Below, piece by piece: positions 11,601-23,586 of a stretch of DNA of 64,000 nt. Origin of the DNA: Ranitomeya imitator (lineage: Eukaryota); NCBI RefSeq assembly GCF_032444005.1, contig NC_091286.1:27280001-27344000 (forward strand), written 5' to 3'. Under the pieces are notes generated by a model. That model was not told the DNA's origin, made no database searches, and worked only from the letters and a program-made list of their open reading frames with translations. Numbering within the stretch: position 1 is the first letter of the stretch; each line of letters starts with the position of its first letter. A program made the translations under genes and the position numbers.

Positions 11601-14600
11601 GGGCTGTTCTAGAAAGTTGTGGGGAAAAAAAAAGAAAAATGTGATCAAATAAAAATACATCATAAAATATTACAGATCAGCAAAATAGGTTTGCAGCACC
11701 CTGGGTCAAGGCATACATCATGCGGGCCTTGTGACAGCCAAGGCTGACCAGCATGCCAGCATTCAAGTGTCAAAAGCGAGAGTTAGTTAGTAGGATCCAG
11801 AACCGATGTTGACGCCTGACCGGGTCCTATGAATCTTTTTGCTAATTTCTACCAAATAAAAGTAACAAATCATAAAAAAAATAAATATATAAATAATAAT
11901 AATAATATTAGCGCCTCACTTGTTTTACGTCAAACACACATAACAGACGTTATATTCCTTACCTTGTTGATGGGGACCAAAATACGGGTCTGTAATCCCG
12001 GTATATGTGACCCTGTACAGAGTACAACGTAAAAATTATATATTTAAGAACCCCTTAATTACCACACATGTGCCATTTTAGTGTGGGCCTGGCTTACATT
12101 GCAATGTTTTTATCGGCACCATAAAACAAGTTTTGCTCTGCGCTGTCTCATATCAGACTGCCCATGGAGTGGAAGCCGAGCTGTCATGTGACAGCCCAGC
12201 TCCTGCTTTAAAGGCCAGGACTTGACGGTCGCCGTTAAACCATTCGATTGTCACAAAGAGTGACTGCACCCTGAGAAAAGTAGTTTCCCAGAAGATTGCT
12301 AACATAGAATAAACAATAATAAAAAAAAAATTTAATTAAAAAAAAGCTATCATTTCGTATTGTATAATTTGTTTTGCAGAGTAAAGATGGCGGTACGCTG
12401 GTGTTCACCTTTTCGTGCATCTTAAAGAAAACATCGAGCTGCTTTGCCTCGTACTTCTTATCATACGTGTAATAACAGTTATCCCAGTCGGCCATTACTC
12501 CCCAGCGGATGAAGGAGGACTTCTGCTTCTCAATGGCCTTTTCTGCAAATGCCCTAGCTGGAGAGAAGCAGAGAAGATTATTTTTTTTATTATTCTAATT
12601 CCTTTAGTCTTTAGGATAAGTCATCAATAATTTGTGGCGGCCTGACACCCAGCACGAACCACTGATCAGCTGTTGTCAGCTCTTGCACCGACTCTGTAAA
12701 CTGAGTAATGGTTGTTCCAGGATATTGTAGCTCAACTCCTATTCACATGAATGTGACTGAGCTGCAGTACCAAGCTACCAAGCGCAGCACCTACAAGAAC
12801 AAGCTGATGTGGCGTTTGTAGCAACAGAGGAATAATGGCCCATTCATTCTGAAGGCTGATGGTGGTCTCGGAGATTAGACCCCACCTTGTGATGGCATAT
12901 CCTAAGGATATATAACTGCACTTACAGAGAGATGTTACACACACGTCAGAAGCCTTGAGCGATGAGGATCCGGGGTGCTGCAGATGGCCGCCGACTACTA
13001 AAATGAAGGGTGAGCACCCCACTCCTCCATGACTAAAGAACACACCGACCCCACTTATAAAAACGGGTGCAGTTACACTTTATAGAGGTCGCAACAAAAT
13101 TTGTATTCCGTGATCCCTCCTTATCTATGTAATAGTGTGTAAGGGTCTTAGAATACTTACTGATCGCCGTTTTTTCCAATTTCCAGCTCCGCTCCACAAC
13201 CTGAAAGACTAGCCGGCTCATACAGAGGCTTACGTAAGGATCGGAAGTTGCTTTTGCCAAAGTAATTCTAAGGAGCGCGGTCTTCCCCGGTTGCCAGCGC
13301 TGCCCCGATCCCACGTGACTGCTCTACACTTTTGCTGGTTCACTTCATGTGCGGCTTTCTCTGTATAAGTCTATGAGACTCAGGACGAGGATCCATAGAA
13401 TTACATTGAGGAAAATGACTTCCGGTCGACACATAAACCCCGGTAGGAACGAGCATATCTGATTTTAGGTCACTTGAGATAGAAGAGGAACAGAGCGGCG
13501 CTGGAGACCAGGGAAGATGGCGATCAGCAAGTATCTAAACACATCAACACATATATAATTAATGATCTCCTTTAGGGCAGAGATCAAACCTGAACCCATG
13601 TACCCACCTCCCCTCCCCCCATCATACTCCATACCTCGGCTTCTTATCTCCATAGGGGAGAGACTCTCAGATTGGTTTCCAATCTCCGCCAGGGCTCGGA
13701 GCTCTATTGGCAGTCCGTGGCAATCCCACCCGGGTACATAGCTCACTTTGTAGCCCCTCATCATTTGGAAACGATTTGTTATGTCTTTAAGTATCTGAAA
13801 AAACATGGGAGCAACTTAGAGCATTCACATATACACCGTCGGGGGGGACTTCCCTATATTAAAGGGAACCTGTCACCCCCAAAATCGAAGGTGAGCTAAG
13901 CCCACCAGCATCAGGGGCTTATCTACAGCATTCTGTAATGCTGTAGATGGGTCCGATGGGCGTCGAGGTCCAGCCCAGCGCCTCCCATCTTCTTACGATG
14001 ACATCTTTTTCTTGTATTCACGCTGCGGCTCCAGCGTACTTTGTCTGCCCTGTTGAGGGCAGAGCAAAGTACAGCAGTGCGCAGGCGCCGGGCCTCTATG
14101 ACCTTTCCTGGCACCTGCGCACTGCAGTACTTTGCTCTGCCTCAACAGGGAGATAAAGTACGCCTGCGCCGCAGTATGAAGACAAGAATAGGACGTCATC
14201 GTAAGAAGATGGGAGGCCACGGACCGCGACGCCCATCGGATCGGACCGCCCCTGGGTGAGTATAATCTAACCTCTTTTTCTCATCTTTCAGGATACATTG
14301 GGGGCTTATCTACAGCATTACAGAATGCATTACAGAATGCTGTAGATAAGCCCCTGATGCTGGTGGGCTTAGCTCATCTTCGATTTTGGGGGTCACAGGT
14401 TCCCTTTAAGCAGAATGACATGTTCAACGAAGTTTGTCATTTATGTCATCATATGTGCACGAGATAAATGATATACAGGGAGAACTACGCAACCCTCATA
14501 CAAATGTCTTAATTCACATAGTTCCAACATTCACAAGGTGTTCCTCCAACATGGATCATCAAGACACTGTACTACTAAACATAATAAAGACTTAAATATG

Positions 14601-16949
14601 TTTATTTCATGTTGAGCTGGGATATATACGATCTGGTGGGTCATGGGGAATATGTTTAATGGGGAAGATACGTAATTGTTTGGATTTATAAATTAAATTC
14701 ACTTGCTCTGTAACAATTACTGTAACCCCGAGAAATCCCCTTAATAAATTACGGTCAGCCCCTGGGTGTGAACATGAAAAGATCGCGTTCACCGACAGCC
14801 AGCAGAGGTTCTGACAATTGTAAGTTACTAGATTCCTATAAAATGCAGCTTGTAATCAGAAGAGTCAGGATGAGTCTGATCGACACCGCCACTGATCCAC
14901 TTACTTTATTTAGCGCATGGCCAACATGGGGGTCTCCGTTGGCATAGGGGGGGCCATCGTGGAGAATGAATTCTTTTTTAGTTTTTCTCGCTTTTTGCCA
15001 ATTATAAAGCTGCAAGAAGTTTGTCTCCTATGAGAAAAATACATAAGTGTATGATAATAATGGTACAAAGCTGGCACACAACATAGCCAGCTGGCATCGC
15101 CCGTACCTGTGCTCCTGAGATGGGGCACTGAGGATGGGTGCTGAGACCTCCTCAACCAAGTGCCTCCTGTGATCCCCAAAGAGCCCCGAAAATCAATCCC
15201 TTCTCCAACATCTTATTTCTTCCCAGTGCCCACTATGTTCCCTGCCAATCTCAGTACCCTCTGAGCACACACCCGCACCTCAGACCCCTGCACATCCCAT
15301 GATCTTCTCTGTCCCAGTTCCCCTGGGATTTCCAGTTCCCACTGATATCTCCAGTCACAGTGCCCCAATACCTTCCCGTAATCCCTCTGCCTCCACAGAT
15401 CTACTTTACCCCAATACCTCTTATGAGGCCATTCTGTACCAAAACCCATGAAATCTTCATCCATCACTGTGCCCCAAAATTCCTCTGTCCCATTTGACAT
15501 TCACCTTCACCCCTACTGCAGTCAGCCCTGTGCCCACCACCGACAACTCAGTGGTCCCTGCCCCCTGTCAGCCCCGAGCCCACAACAGTCAGCCCCTTGC
15601 CCCCCACCACCACCAGCCCCGTGCTCCATGTTCCTTCCATCAGCCCTGTACTACACACCCTCTAAAGTCAGCCCTGTGCCTACCACCGTCACCCCCGTAC
15701 TACACGCCCCCTAAAATCAGCCCTGTGCCCACCACCGTCACCCCCATACTACACGCCCCCTAAAATCAGCCCTGTGCCCACCACCGTCACCCCCGTACTA
15801 CACGCCCCCTAAAATCAGCCCTGTGCCCACCACCGTCACCCCCGTACTACACGCCCCCTAAAATCAGCCCTGTGCCCACCACCGTCACCCCCATACTACA
15901 CGCCCCCTAAAATCAGCCCCATACTACAGGCCCCCTAAAATCAGCCCTGTGCCCACCACCGTCACCCCCGTACTACACGCCCCCTAAAATCAGCCCCATA
16001 CTACAGGCCCCCTAAAATCAGCCCTGTGCCCACCACCGTCACCCCCATACTACACGCCCCCTAAAATCAGCCCCATACTACAGGCCCCCTAAAATCAGCC
16101 CTGTGCCCACCACCGTCACCCCCATACTACACGCCCCCTAAAATCAGCCCCATACTACAGGCCCCCTAAAATCAGCCCTGTGCCCACCACCGTCACCCCC
16201 ATACTACACGCCCCCTAAAATCAGCCCTGTGCCCACCACCGTCACCCCCATACTACACGCCCCCTAAAATCAGCCCCATACTACACGCCCCCTAAAATCA
16301 ACCCTGTGCCCACCACCGTCACCCCCGTACTACACGCCCCCTAAAATCAGCCCTGTGCCCACCACCGTCACCCCCGTACTACACGCCCCCTAAAATCAGC
16401 CCTGTGCCCACCACCGTCACCCCCGTACTACACGCCCCCTAAAATCAGCCCTGTGCCCACCACCGTCAGCCCTATAATACAAGCCCCCTAAAATTAGCCC
16501 CATACTACACGCCCCCTAAAATCAGCCCCATACTACAAGCCCCCTAAAATTAGCCCCATACTACAAGCCCCCTAAAATCAGCCCTGTGCCCACCACCGTC
16601 AGCCCCATGCACGCCCCCTAAAGTCAGCCCCGTGCCCTCTTGCCTTTGCCCCTGTCCTTATGGGCTGACCCCTCGGTGCAGCGCCCCCTGTCCTCACCAG
16701 TCTCAGCCTGCACTGTGCCCCCTCTCCCGCCATTGCTCCCCGTCTCCTCACCTCCTGCAGGCGCAGCTCGGTGCTGACCGTGTCCTCCGGGCTCCGGCGT
16801 ATGGGGAAGTCGGTGAGAGGCAGCAGCACGGTGTCCCGGTAGTTGCTCTTCTGCCCGGGGCTGTCATTGCTGCTGCTCAGCCCGGAGGCGGCTCTCCCCC
16901 TCCACAGACCCCGAGCACAGGGCAGCCGGCGGCGGAGAGCGGTCAACAT
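5476..16949 (-). CDS. IARS2: Mitochondrial isoleucyl-tRNA synthetase, 5' part (coding exons 1-11, 470 codons; remainder lies left of the window)
   Basis: Join on the minus strand: 16949-16752, 15027-14905, 13794-13635, 12557-12409, 12012-11963, 11608-11499, 10842-10752, 10216-10101, 8040-7871, 7412-7322, 5627-5476. All introns GT-AG with consistent phases. Class I IleRS motifs [45 protein letters not shown] and [12 protein letters not shown]; Arg-rich N-terminal presequence. Aligned by eye to human IARS2 recalled from memory. Confidence 0.97.
6020..6585. repeat. 31-33-bp minisatellite
   Basis: Unit approx CACACAGCCTCCCCATGTCCAGCATATGAGGCC; explains the cluster of repetitive ORFs at 6041-6755. 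Confidence 0.95.
6590..6968 (+). mobile_element. DIRS 3' fragment (tyrosine recombinase C-terminus plus right terminus)
   Basis: Translations [11 protein letters not shown] and [15 protein letters not shown]; terminus CCCATGG..TGCGTCCCCCAATGAA...GATTTTACGGTAAGTA. Confidence 0.75.
7322..7412 (-). CDS. IARS2: IARS2 exon 10
   Basis: [30 protein letters not shown]; 91 nt. Confidence 0.95.
7871..8040 (-). CDS. IARS2: IARS2 exon 9
   Basis: [12 protein letters not shown]...[16 protein letters not shown]...LPV; 170 nt. Confidence 0.97.
8418..9903 (-). mobile_element. Tc1/mariner DNA transposon, IR/DR type, near full length, frameshifted transposase
   Basis: TA on both flanks (8416-17, 9904-05); TIR CAC..TGTTCCAAATTATTATGCAAAT and its reverse complement; inner DRs near 8592 and 9778; transposase motifs [20 protein letters not shown] split over ORFs 9283-9711, 9117-9326, 8733-9104. 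Confidence 0.93.
10101..10216 (-). CDS. IARS2: IARS2 exon 8
   Basis: [38 protein letters not shown]; 116 nt, phases fit neighbours. Confidence 0.93.
10752..10842 (-). CDS. IARS2: IARS2 exon 7
   Basis: [29 protein letters not shown]; 91 nt. Confidence 0.96.
11499..11608 (-). CDS. IARS2: IARS2 exon 6
   Basis: [25 protein letters not shown]...; 110 nt. Confidence 0.96.
11963..12012 (-). CDS. IARS2: IARS2 exon 5
   Basis: [17 protein letters not shown]; 50 nt. Confidence 0.95.
12409..12557 (-). CDS. IARS2: IARS2 exon 4
   Basis: [31 protein letters not shown]...HEK; 149 nt. Confidence 0.97.
13635..13794 (-). CDS. IARS2: IARS2 exon 3
   Basis: ILKDITNRF...[11 protein letters not shown]...MEIRSR; 160 nt. 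Confidence 0.97.
13863..14405. mobile_element. T2/Kolobok-like MITE with long TIRs
   Basis: TTAA at 13859-62 and 14406-09; termini AGGGAACCTGTCA...TCACAGGTTCCCT with roughly 85-bp inverted repeats. Confidence 0.88.
14905..15027 (-). CDS. IARS2: IARS2 exon 2 (HIGH-type motif HVGH)
   Basis: [11 protein letters not shown]...[19 protein letters not shown]; TAG acceptor, GTAAGT donor; 123 nt. Confidence 0.97.
15620..16630. repeat. 49-bp (with 28-bp variant) C-rich minisatellite in IARS2 intron 1
   Basis: Unit CCTGTGCCCACCACCGTCACCCCCGTACTACACGCCCCCTAAAATCAGC. Confidence 0.97.
16752..16949 (-). CDS. IARS2: IARS2 exon 1 (ATG, mitochondrial presequence)
   Basis: [22 protein letters not shown]...YRDTVLLP...ELRLQE, donor GAG/GTGAGG; 198 nt. 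Confidence 0.92.
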
Positions 16950-17397
16950 GTTCCTCCTGACAGACGCTACGGAGAGCGGAGAGGGGACGGGGACGGCGGC
17001 CGCCGAGGACCAAACCTCCCACAGCCGCGTTCTGTCACTGAGGGAGCGTCCGTGTGCGGTGGGGTGGATATAGTGCACCTGTGGGGTATAGTCATGTGTA
17101 GGAACAGACATCTTCCGTCAGAAGCTCAAAACATAAACAAGAAAAATCCAAGTTATGATGATATAACATTAAATCAACGTCATAAAGACATCAATAAAAA
17201 CTGTAAAACTGACAATGTTCTGATTTGCCGCACGTCTCCTAAATAATGGAATAGAAAGTCATCACCCTGTCTATACTGCAAAATAACGCCAAGAAAAACA
17301 CCTAAAATAATAATAAAAAAAACTGTAAAAAAACGACAAGAAAAACAACTAAAATAATAATTAAAAAAAAAAACAAAAAAAATACAAGTTTGATTTA

Positions 17398-17726
17398 GGC
17401 TACTTTCACACTAGCGTCGCATCCTGTGACAGCGCAGCACAACGGGGGCAGCGGATGCATTATTACAACACATCCGCTGCCCCATTGTGAGTTGCGGGAG
17501 GAGGGGGCGGAAATGGCGGACACGACGCACAAAAAAAAACGTTACATGTAACTTTTTTTGTTCCGACGGTCCGCCACAACACGACGCAACCTTCGCAATG
17601 CGTTGCTATTGTTAGTCTATGGGGGAAAAAAAAAACGCATCCTGCAGCCAACTTTGCAGGATGCGTTTTTTCAACCAAAACGACGCATTGCAACGTGCGT
17701 TGTACGACGCTAGTGTGAAAGTAGCC
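17398..17726. mobile_element. PIF/Harbinger-type MITE
   Basis: 22-bp TIR GGCTACTTTCACACTAGCGTCG with perfect reverse complement; TTA duplicated at 17395-97 and 17727-29. Confidence 0.92.
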
Positions 17727-18067
17727 TTAGCCGTAATCATAGCGCTCTGGAGAATCCCGTTGCGGGGCTCAGGTCATATTTATCGCACAATGAATGTAAT
17801 TTAAAAAAAAAAAAAAAACTCAAGAAAACAATGGTGGAATTTATTTACCGTATTTTATTTTTTTTTCACCTTGGAACTATTTTTCCTATTTCTCGATACA
17901 TTATGTGGTAAAAAAAAAAAATGAATTGCGTCTCTGAAAACTACAACGATAATAAAAAATCATGGATGGAAAAAATAAAATATAAAAAAAAAAGATTGTG
18001 GCTCTTGGAAGAAGACGAGGAAAAAAAAAAGGGCGAAAATGTAAAATTATCCTGATCCTGGAAGGGA

Positions 18068-18340
18068 TTCTAGATTGTGAGCCCCATCAGGGACAGTGAT
18101 GATAATGGGTGCAAAACTGTAAAGCGCTGCGGAATATGTTAGCGCTATATAAAAATAAAGATTATTATTATTATTATCACCTATGTGTGCAAAACTGTAA
18201 AGCGCTGCGGAATATGTTAGCGCTATATAAAAATAAAGATTATTATTATTATTATCACCTATGTGTGCAAAACTGTAAAGCGCTGCAGAATATGTTAGCG
18301 CTATATAAAAATAAAGATTATTATTATTATTATTATCATC
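18068..18340 (+). mobile_element. L2-type LINE 3' tail, tandemly triplicated (78-bp period)
   Basis: TAGATTGTGAGCCCC... followed by three copies of GCAAAACTGTAAAGCGCTGCGGAATATGTTAGCGCTATATAAAAATAAAG(ATT)n starting at 18111, 18189, 18267. Confidence 0.75.
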
Positions 18341-18589
18341 TATGGGCCGCGGTCACACGGTCAGTATTTGTTCAGTATCGAGGAGAGGAAGAATCAGAGG
18401 GAAAGTATAATAGAAACTCGTCATCTCTTCTGCATTTATCACCCATTCCTGGTTTTGGCTACAAATACTGAGGTGAAATACTTACTGACCAAATACTGAG
18501 CGTGTGACCTATGAATATATGTGTGTGTGCGCGGATGAGTGTGAGTCAGCAGATCTGGCATCTCTAGGACCCAGGAGCAGCTCTGCTGA

Positions 18590-18676
18590 CATAGGAAGTA
18601 TATAGAGGTGGTGCGATGTTCTGCAGAGCTCTGCACTCACTGACAGTCACTGTGCTCTGCAGCGGCCGCCGTGCAG
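18590..18676 (+). other. BPNT1: Probable non-coding first exon of BPNT1 (5' boundary approximate)
   Basis: GC-rich segment ending in donor CAG/GTGAGT at 18676/18677, facing away from IARS2; the first coding exon is preceded by an acceptor (CAG, exon starts 23459) only 8 nt before the ATG, so an upstream exon is required. Confidence 0.55.
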
Positions 18677-19019
18677 GTGAGTGGCTGTTTATGGGGGGTA
18701 CACGGGGTCAGCGGGTTATAATGTTATGGGTTCTGGGCAGAATACAGACAGATACACAACATGGAGGGAGTAAGGTATAAGGGCACGTCTCAGGGCAGGT
18801 TTATCACGTTCCCCTGTGGATAACCTCTATAGCGCTCACTGATACCAGCGCGGTCCTGTAATAGGAGCCACCGGGGTAACAAGTCCGTCCATGATCTTTC
18901 TTCCTCCATCATCTGTGACTGATATTATTGAGAAGTGGAAGGAAGCGCAGCAACTCGGCCACAGAGCGGAGACCCCGTAACATTACAGAGCGGGGGGCCG
19001 AGTGCTGAGGAGCAGAGGG

Positions 19020-19560
19020 CAGAAAAGTCACCACCGCTCTGCACTGCTCCAGACCTCCATTGTATCAGCATATACACTGCACCCCCACCCTGGGAACTTC
19101 ATGGCCGAGCAGCTGCATGCAGCCGTACATCACCAAGCACAATGCCGAGCGTCGGATGGAGTGGTGTAAAGCCGCCATCACTGGACTCTGGAGGAGACGT
19201 GTTCTGTGCAGTGACGGATCGCACTTCTCTATCTGCGTCTGATGGAGGAGTCTGGGTTTGGTGATTCCAGGAGAACGTTACCCCCTGACTGCATTGTGCA
19301 CGTGGTACAGATGGTGGCGGAGGAGGATAATGCTGTGGGCTGTTATCAGGGGTCGGCATTGGGCCCTTAGACCCATTGATGGGAAATAATAATAATATTA
19401 CAAGACATTGTGGACAATTGTATCTGCAGCTTTGTAGGGACAGTTTGGGGTTCGCCCTTTTCTGCCCCCCATGACTACACCCAGTGCACAAGCTCTATAC
19501 AAACATGGGGGGGAACATGAGCCGCACAGAGCCCGGACCCCAATAGAAATTCTGATCGTG
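19020..19560 (+). mobile_element. Degraded Tc1 transposase fragment
   Basis: QPYITKHNAERRMEWCK and VLCSDGSHF (decayed VLWSDES) motifs plus an SPDLNPIE-like remnant near 19530; many indels. Confidence 0.65.
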
Positions 19561-21459
19561 GCCCCCCTCCCCCAACATCCGGGTCCGAACTCACAAATTA
19601 TCTTCTGGATGAAGGGTAATCTCACAGACTCCTCCAAAATCTTGTAGAAATCCTTCCCAGCACAGCGGGGCCGCTCTATCTGCGGAGGGGCGACTCCATA
19701 TTGATGTCCATGGATGTAGGATGGGAGGTGAGAAGACCTCCTGGAGGTGAATGTGGAGGGGGGGGCACATACTTTTTTTTTTCCATAGAGTATGAAAAGT
19801 AAAGGGTGGTTGCAGCTTTAAAAATGTTCAGTAACAAAAGGTGAGTTCCAGGAGCTGGATAATGGGGTCTGCCGTTCTCACTAATGCCCCTCTGGAGATT
19901 TCTGGAGCTCGGGGTCTCAGGCACGGACTTCAGTGGGTGCTGCGCCGTGCCTGTGTGATATGTGCTGCAGCTACATCGCCGGTGGTCTCGGATCAGAGAT
20001 ATTGGTCCATCATTAGTGGGGTAGTGGTGGTCCGCTTGGCATGTGCACTACAGCTCCCATAGGCGGTAGATGGCGAGGGTCACAATGGTGCGCTACGTCT
20101 TCATTTACACAGCACTTTGGGACCTCCGCTCTCTCTCAATTGGTGGGGTGTCACTGCTCGGACCCCCAACTGATCTTCTTGTGGATAGGTGATAAAATCT
20201 TACTCCTAGACATTTATGAAACGTCTGCAGGAATGGGTCCAACTTCTGAGATCCCCACATTTCTCCAAAATGGATGCGCCTGACCCCAATCTTACCTGAT
20301 GCGGCCACTGTACCCGAGTCGAGTGTAGAGGTCACACAGGGGGGGCTCCATTATTTTACTTGGGTCACTATTCTGGGGTCTGCCCTGACCCTGTAGATCC
20401 AGAAATGTCTATGATGGGAACGCGTCTTTAAGGCCACGTTCAGACGTCCATCATTCGCTGGCTTATTAAACTTTATGGGGCTGTTAACATGTGGCAAAGT
20501 GAGCAGAGCATGGAAATGTCCGTCTAATTCCTGATGAGCCGTGGAGTTTCTTACTCCAGTCCTTGACCGGAGTAAGCTTTTTGACAAGGTGCACACCACT
20601 TGTAAGGTGTCCATAATTTATTACGTGGCCCTTAATTAGACACCTGTTACTTCCACTGTACCCTCCTGGCATGTACACCAGTCTTCATGCATCTGTTTGT
20701 GTGTCGGCAAGAAAAATCTGAGACCTGTCCATTTTTCATCCAAGTCATGAATCAAAATCACCTATGTGAGTTCTGTGGGTCCAAGAAAATCACGGACAGC
20801 GAACGGGTGGCATCCATGGGGTCTATAAAAATAAACCTCCTGCGTCCCGCACGGGCTGTTCTGTAGTCTGCCCCGGCATTTGAAGGACACATCCCATTTC
20901 TTAAGACCTTTCCTTGTACTTGGAGCTTCTGTTGCACAATGACTCAGGTTCTCTTATAAATGGGAGTAAAGGTGACGGCAAACAATGAAGATTACAATCC
21001 GGGGGTCAATAACCTGCAGGTCTCTGTAGTTTAGGGCTGGGTTCACACTGGGCGAGCTGGCGAGATCGTATTATGGGGATCAAAGGAAGAATTGGAGCAT
21101 GGGCTGGAAATGTTCCCAATGTTTCTTATTTCCCTATTAAAAAAAACAAAAACAAAAAAAAAAACTCCATGCCAATGTTGGAACTATTGAAATCTCCATT
21201 TTAGGTGTCCCCCACACAACAGAAAAGTTCTTCTGATTAGCCACCATGTGAGAGCGTTGGGCCATAGCTTTCCCTTATGACTCACTACCAGTGCCAGGCA
21301 ATGGCTCCCTATTACCAGTGTCCCCTAAACCACTTATACCATCTATTCACAGGATAGGGTCTCCTCACTGACCCCCGCCACTGTTCTCATGAACATAGGG
21401 CTCAAATTCCCTTGTGTGAATGAAGCTTTAGTGAGCATGTGCGTCCACATCCCCATTCA

Positions 21460-23290
21460 GAATGTTAGTTTGAAGGGACCTCCTGGGTCATCTGGTCAAA
21501 GCAGGACTCACTAAACCATCGCAGATAGATGTCTGTCCAGCCTCTGTTTGAAGACTTCCATTGAAGGAGAACTCGCCACCTCTCGTGACAGCCTGGTCCA
21601 CTAATTGATCACCCTCACTGTCAGTTTTTTTCTAATATCTAATCTGTGTCTCCTCCCATTCAGTTACATTCCATTGCTTCTAGTCTTTTTTTTGTGCAAA
21701 TGAGAATAAAGATGATCCTTCTACAATGTGACAGCCCTTGAGATATTTGTAGACAGCTATTAAGTCTCCTCTAAGTCGTCTTTTTTGCTAGCTAAATATT
21801 CCCAGATCCTGTAACCGGTCCTCATAGGACGTGGTTTGCAGACTGGTCACCATTCTCGTCGCTCTTCTCTGAACTTGCTCCAATTTGTTGATGTCTCTTT
21901 TAAAATGTGGTGCCCAAAACTGGATGCAGTATTTCAGATGAGGTCTGACCAAAGAGGAGTAGAGAGCAATAATGACTTCACATTATCTACACTGTATGCT
22001 TCTGTTAATACATCCCAGAATTGTATTTGCCTTTTTTGCTGCTGCATCACACTGTTGACTCATGTTCAGTCTGTGATCTATTAGTATACCCAAGTCTTTT
22101 TCACATGTGCTGTTGCTTAGCCCTATTCCTCCCATTCTGTTTATGCTTTTTTTAATTTTGTATTGCCCAGATGTAGGACTTTTGCATTTTTCCTTGTTAA
22201 AACCCATTCTGTTAGTTGCTGCCCACTGCTCAAGTTTATTTATATCTTTTAGAATCCTCTCTGTCTCTTCTCTAGTATTAGCTAACCCTCCTAGCTTTGA
22301 GTCATCAGCAAATTTAATCAGTTTAACCTCAATTCCTTCATCTAAATCATTGATAAAGATGTTGAACAATGCAGGGCCCAGGATAGAACCCTGTGTTACC
22401 CCACTTGAGACATTCTTCCAACTAGATGTGCAGCCATTTACGACCACTCTTTGGGTCCGATCACTAAGCCAGTTATGAATCCACCTAACAGTTGCCTTGT
22501 CCATTCCATACTTAGTCATTTTTAAATAAGAATGGTGTGAGATACTTTGTCAAATGCTTTGCTGAAGTCAAGATATACTATATCCACAGCATTTCCCTGA
22601 TCCACCCAGTCAGTGATTCTGTCATAGAAGGAAATTAAGTTAGTCTGACATGACTTATTAGTTACAAACCCATGCTGGTTAATCACTTCATTCTTATCCA
22701 GGTACTTGCATACATGTTGTTTAATAATTTGTTCAAAGATCTTTCCTGGTATAGGCGTCACTCACCGGCCTATAGTTCCCTGGGTCCACCTTCTTTCCCT
22801 TTTTGAAGATAGGAACAACATTTGCTCTTCTCCAGTCTTCTGGAACTTCTCCTGTTCTGCAAGAATTTTCAAAGATTATGGAGAGTGGTTAAAAAATTTC
22901 TTCTGCTATCTCCCTCTGTACTCTAGGGTGTAATTCATCTGGACCTGGAGACTTGAATTCATTTATGTTGGCTAAGTGTTTCCTCACTATCTTTCTTTTT
23001 ATAGATATCCTGGATTCTTCTATTCCTTTAATAGGGCAGTGAAGATCAGTTGATGTTACATTTCCTTTGAGATTAAACAGATGCAAAATAGGTTTTTGAA
23101 AGTTCGGCTTCTCAACCTTACTATTTCATCATTTTCAGCCTGTAAATGTAGGAGCAGTGGTCGCACATGCTCACTAGAGCTTCATTCACACAGAGGAATC
23201 TGAGCCCTCTGTTCTTGGAAACTGGGGTCACATCAGTCAGACCCTCAATGGTCATGCATTTCTCCTTTCTTGTGGATAACAAGTTGTTTA
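21460..23290 (-). mobile_element. 5'-truncated CR1 LINE (RT region)
   Basis: Minus-strand ORFs with VYLDFSKAFDKV, RWIHNWLSDRTQRVVVNG, QGSILGPALFNIFINDL, KFADD. Confidence 0.93.
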
Positions 23291-23466
23291 TGGAAAGACC
23301 CCTTTAATTTTTTTGTGTCTTCGCCATTATTGAAGTTCTGACGTTTCCTTGCACGTTAAGGGGCTTTTCTAGCTTCTAACTACATGGTCTGTAGAAATAT
23401 TTGTTTTTATTACTATTATGGTCCTTATTAATAATTTTCTTTACATATCCTCTGCCAGCATTCACA

Positions 23467-23586
23467 ATGTCTTCAGCACCATTATTGTTAGCAAGGTTGG
23501 TGGCCGCGGCGCACTCTGTGGCCGAAAAAGCCGGGACAATTGTCAGAAATGTCATGAGTGGCGGAGATCTCGGCATAGTTGAAAAG
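23467..23586 (+). CDS. BPNT1: BPNT1 coding exon 1
   Basis: [23 protein letters not shown]...GDLGIVEK; 120 nt. Confidence 0.96.

Larger units (their letters stand above)
16950..18676. promoter_or_regulatory. Divergent (head-to-head) IARS2/BPNT1 promoter region
   Basis: IARS2 ATG points left at 16949 and the putative BPNT1 first exon points right at about 18600; GC-rich patches flank an AT-rich core carrying repeats. Confidence 0.6.

Noticed and set aside
16950-17111. 54-codon in-frame upstream extension of IARS2 (ORF 16599-17111)
   Set aside because: The ATG at 16949 begins a typical Arg-rich presequence matching the position expected from the orthologue; the extension has no targeting character and probably crosses the TSS.
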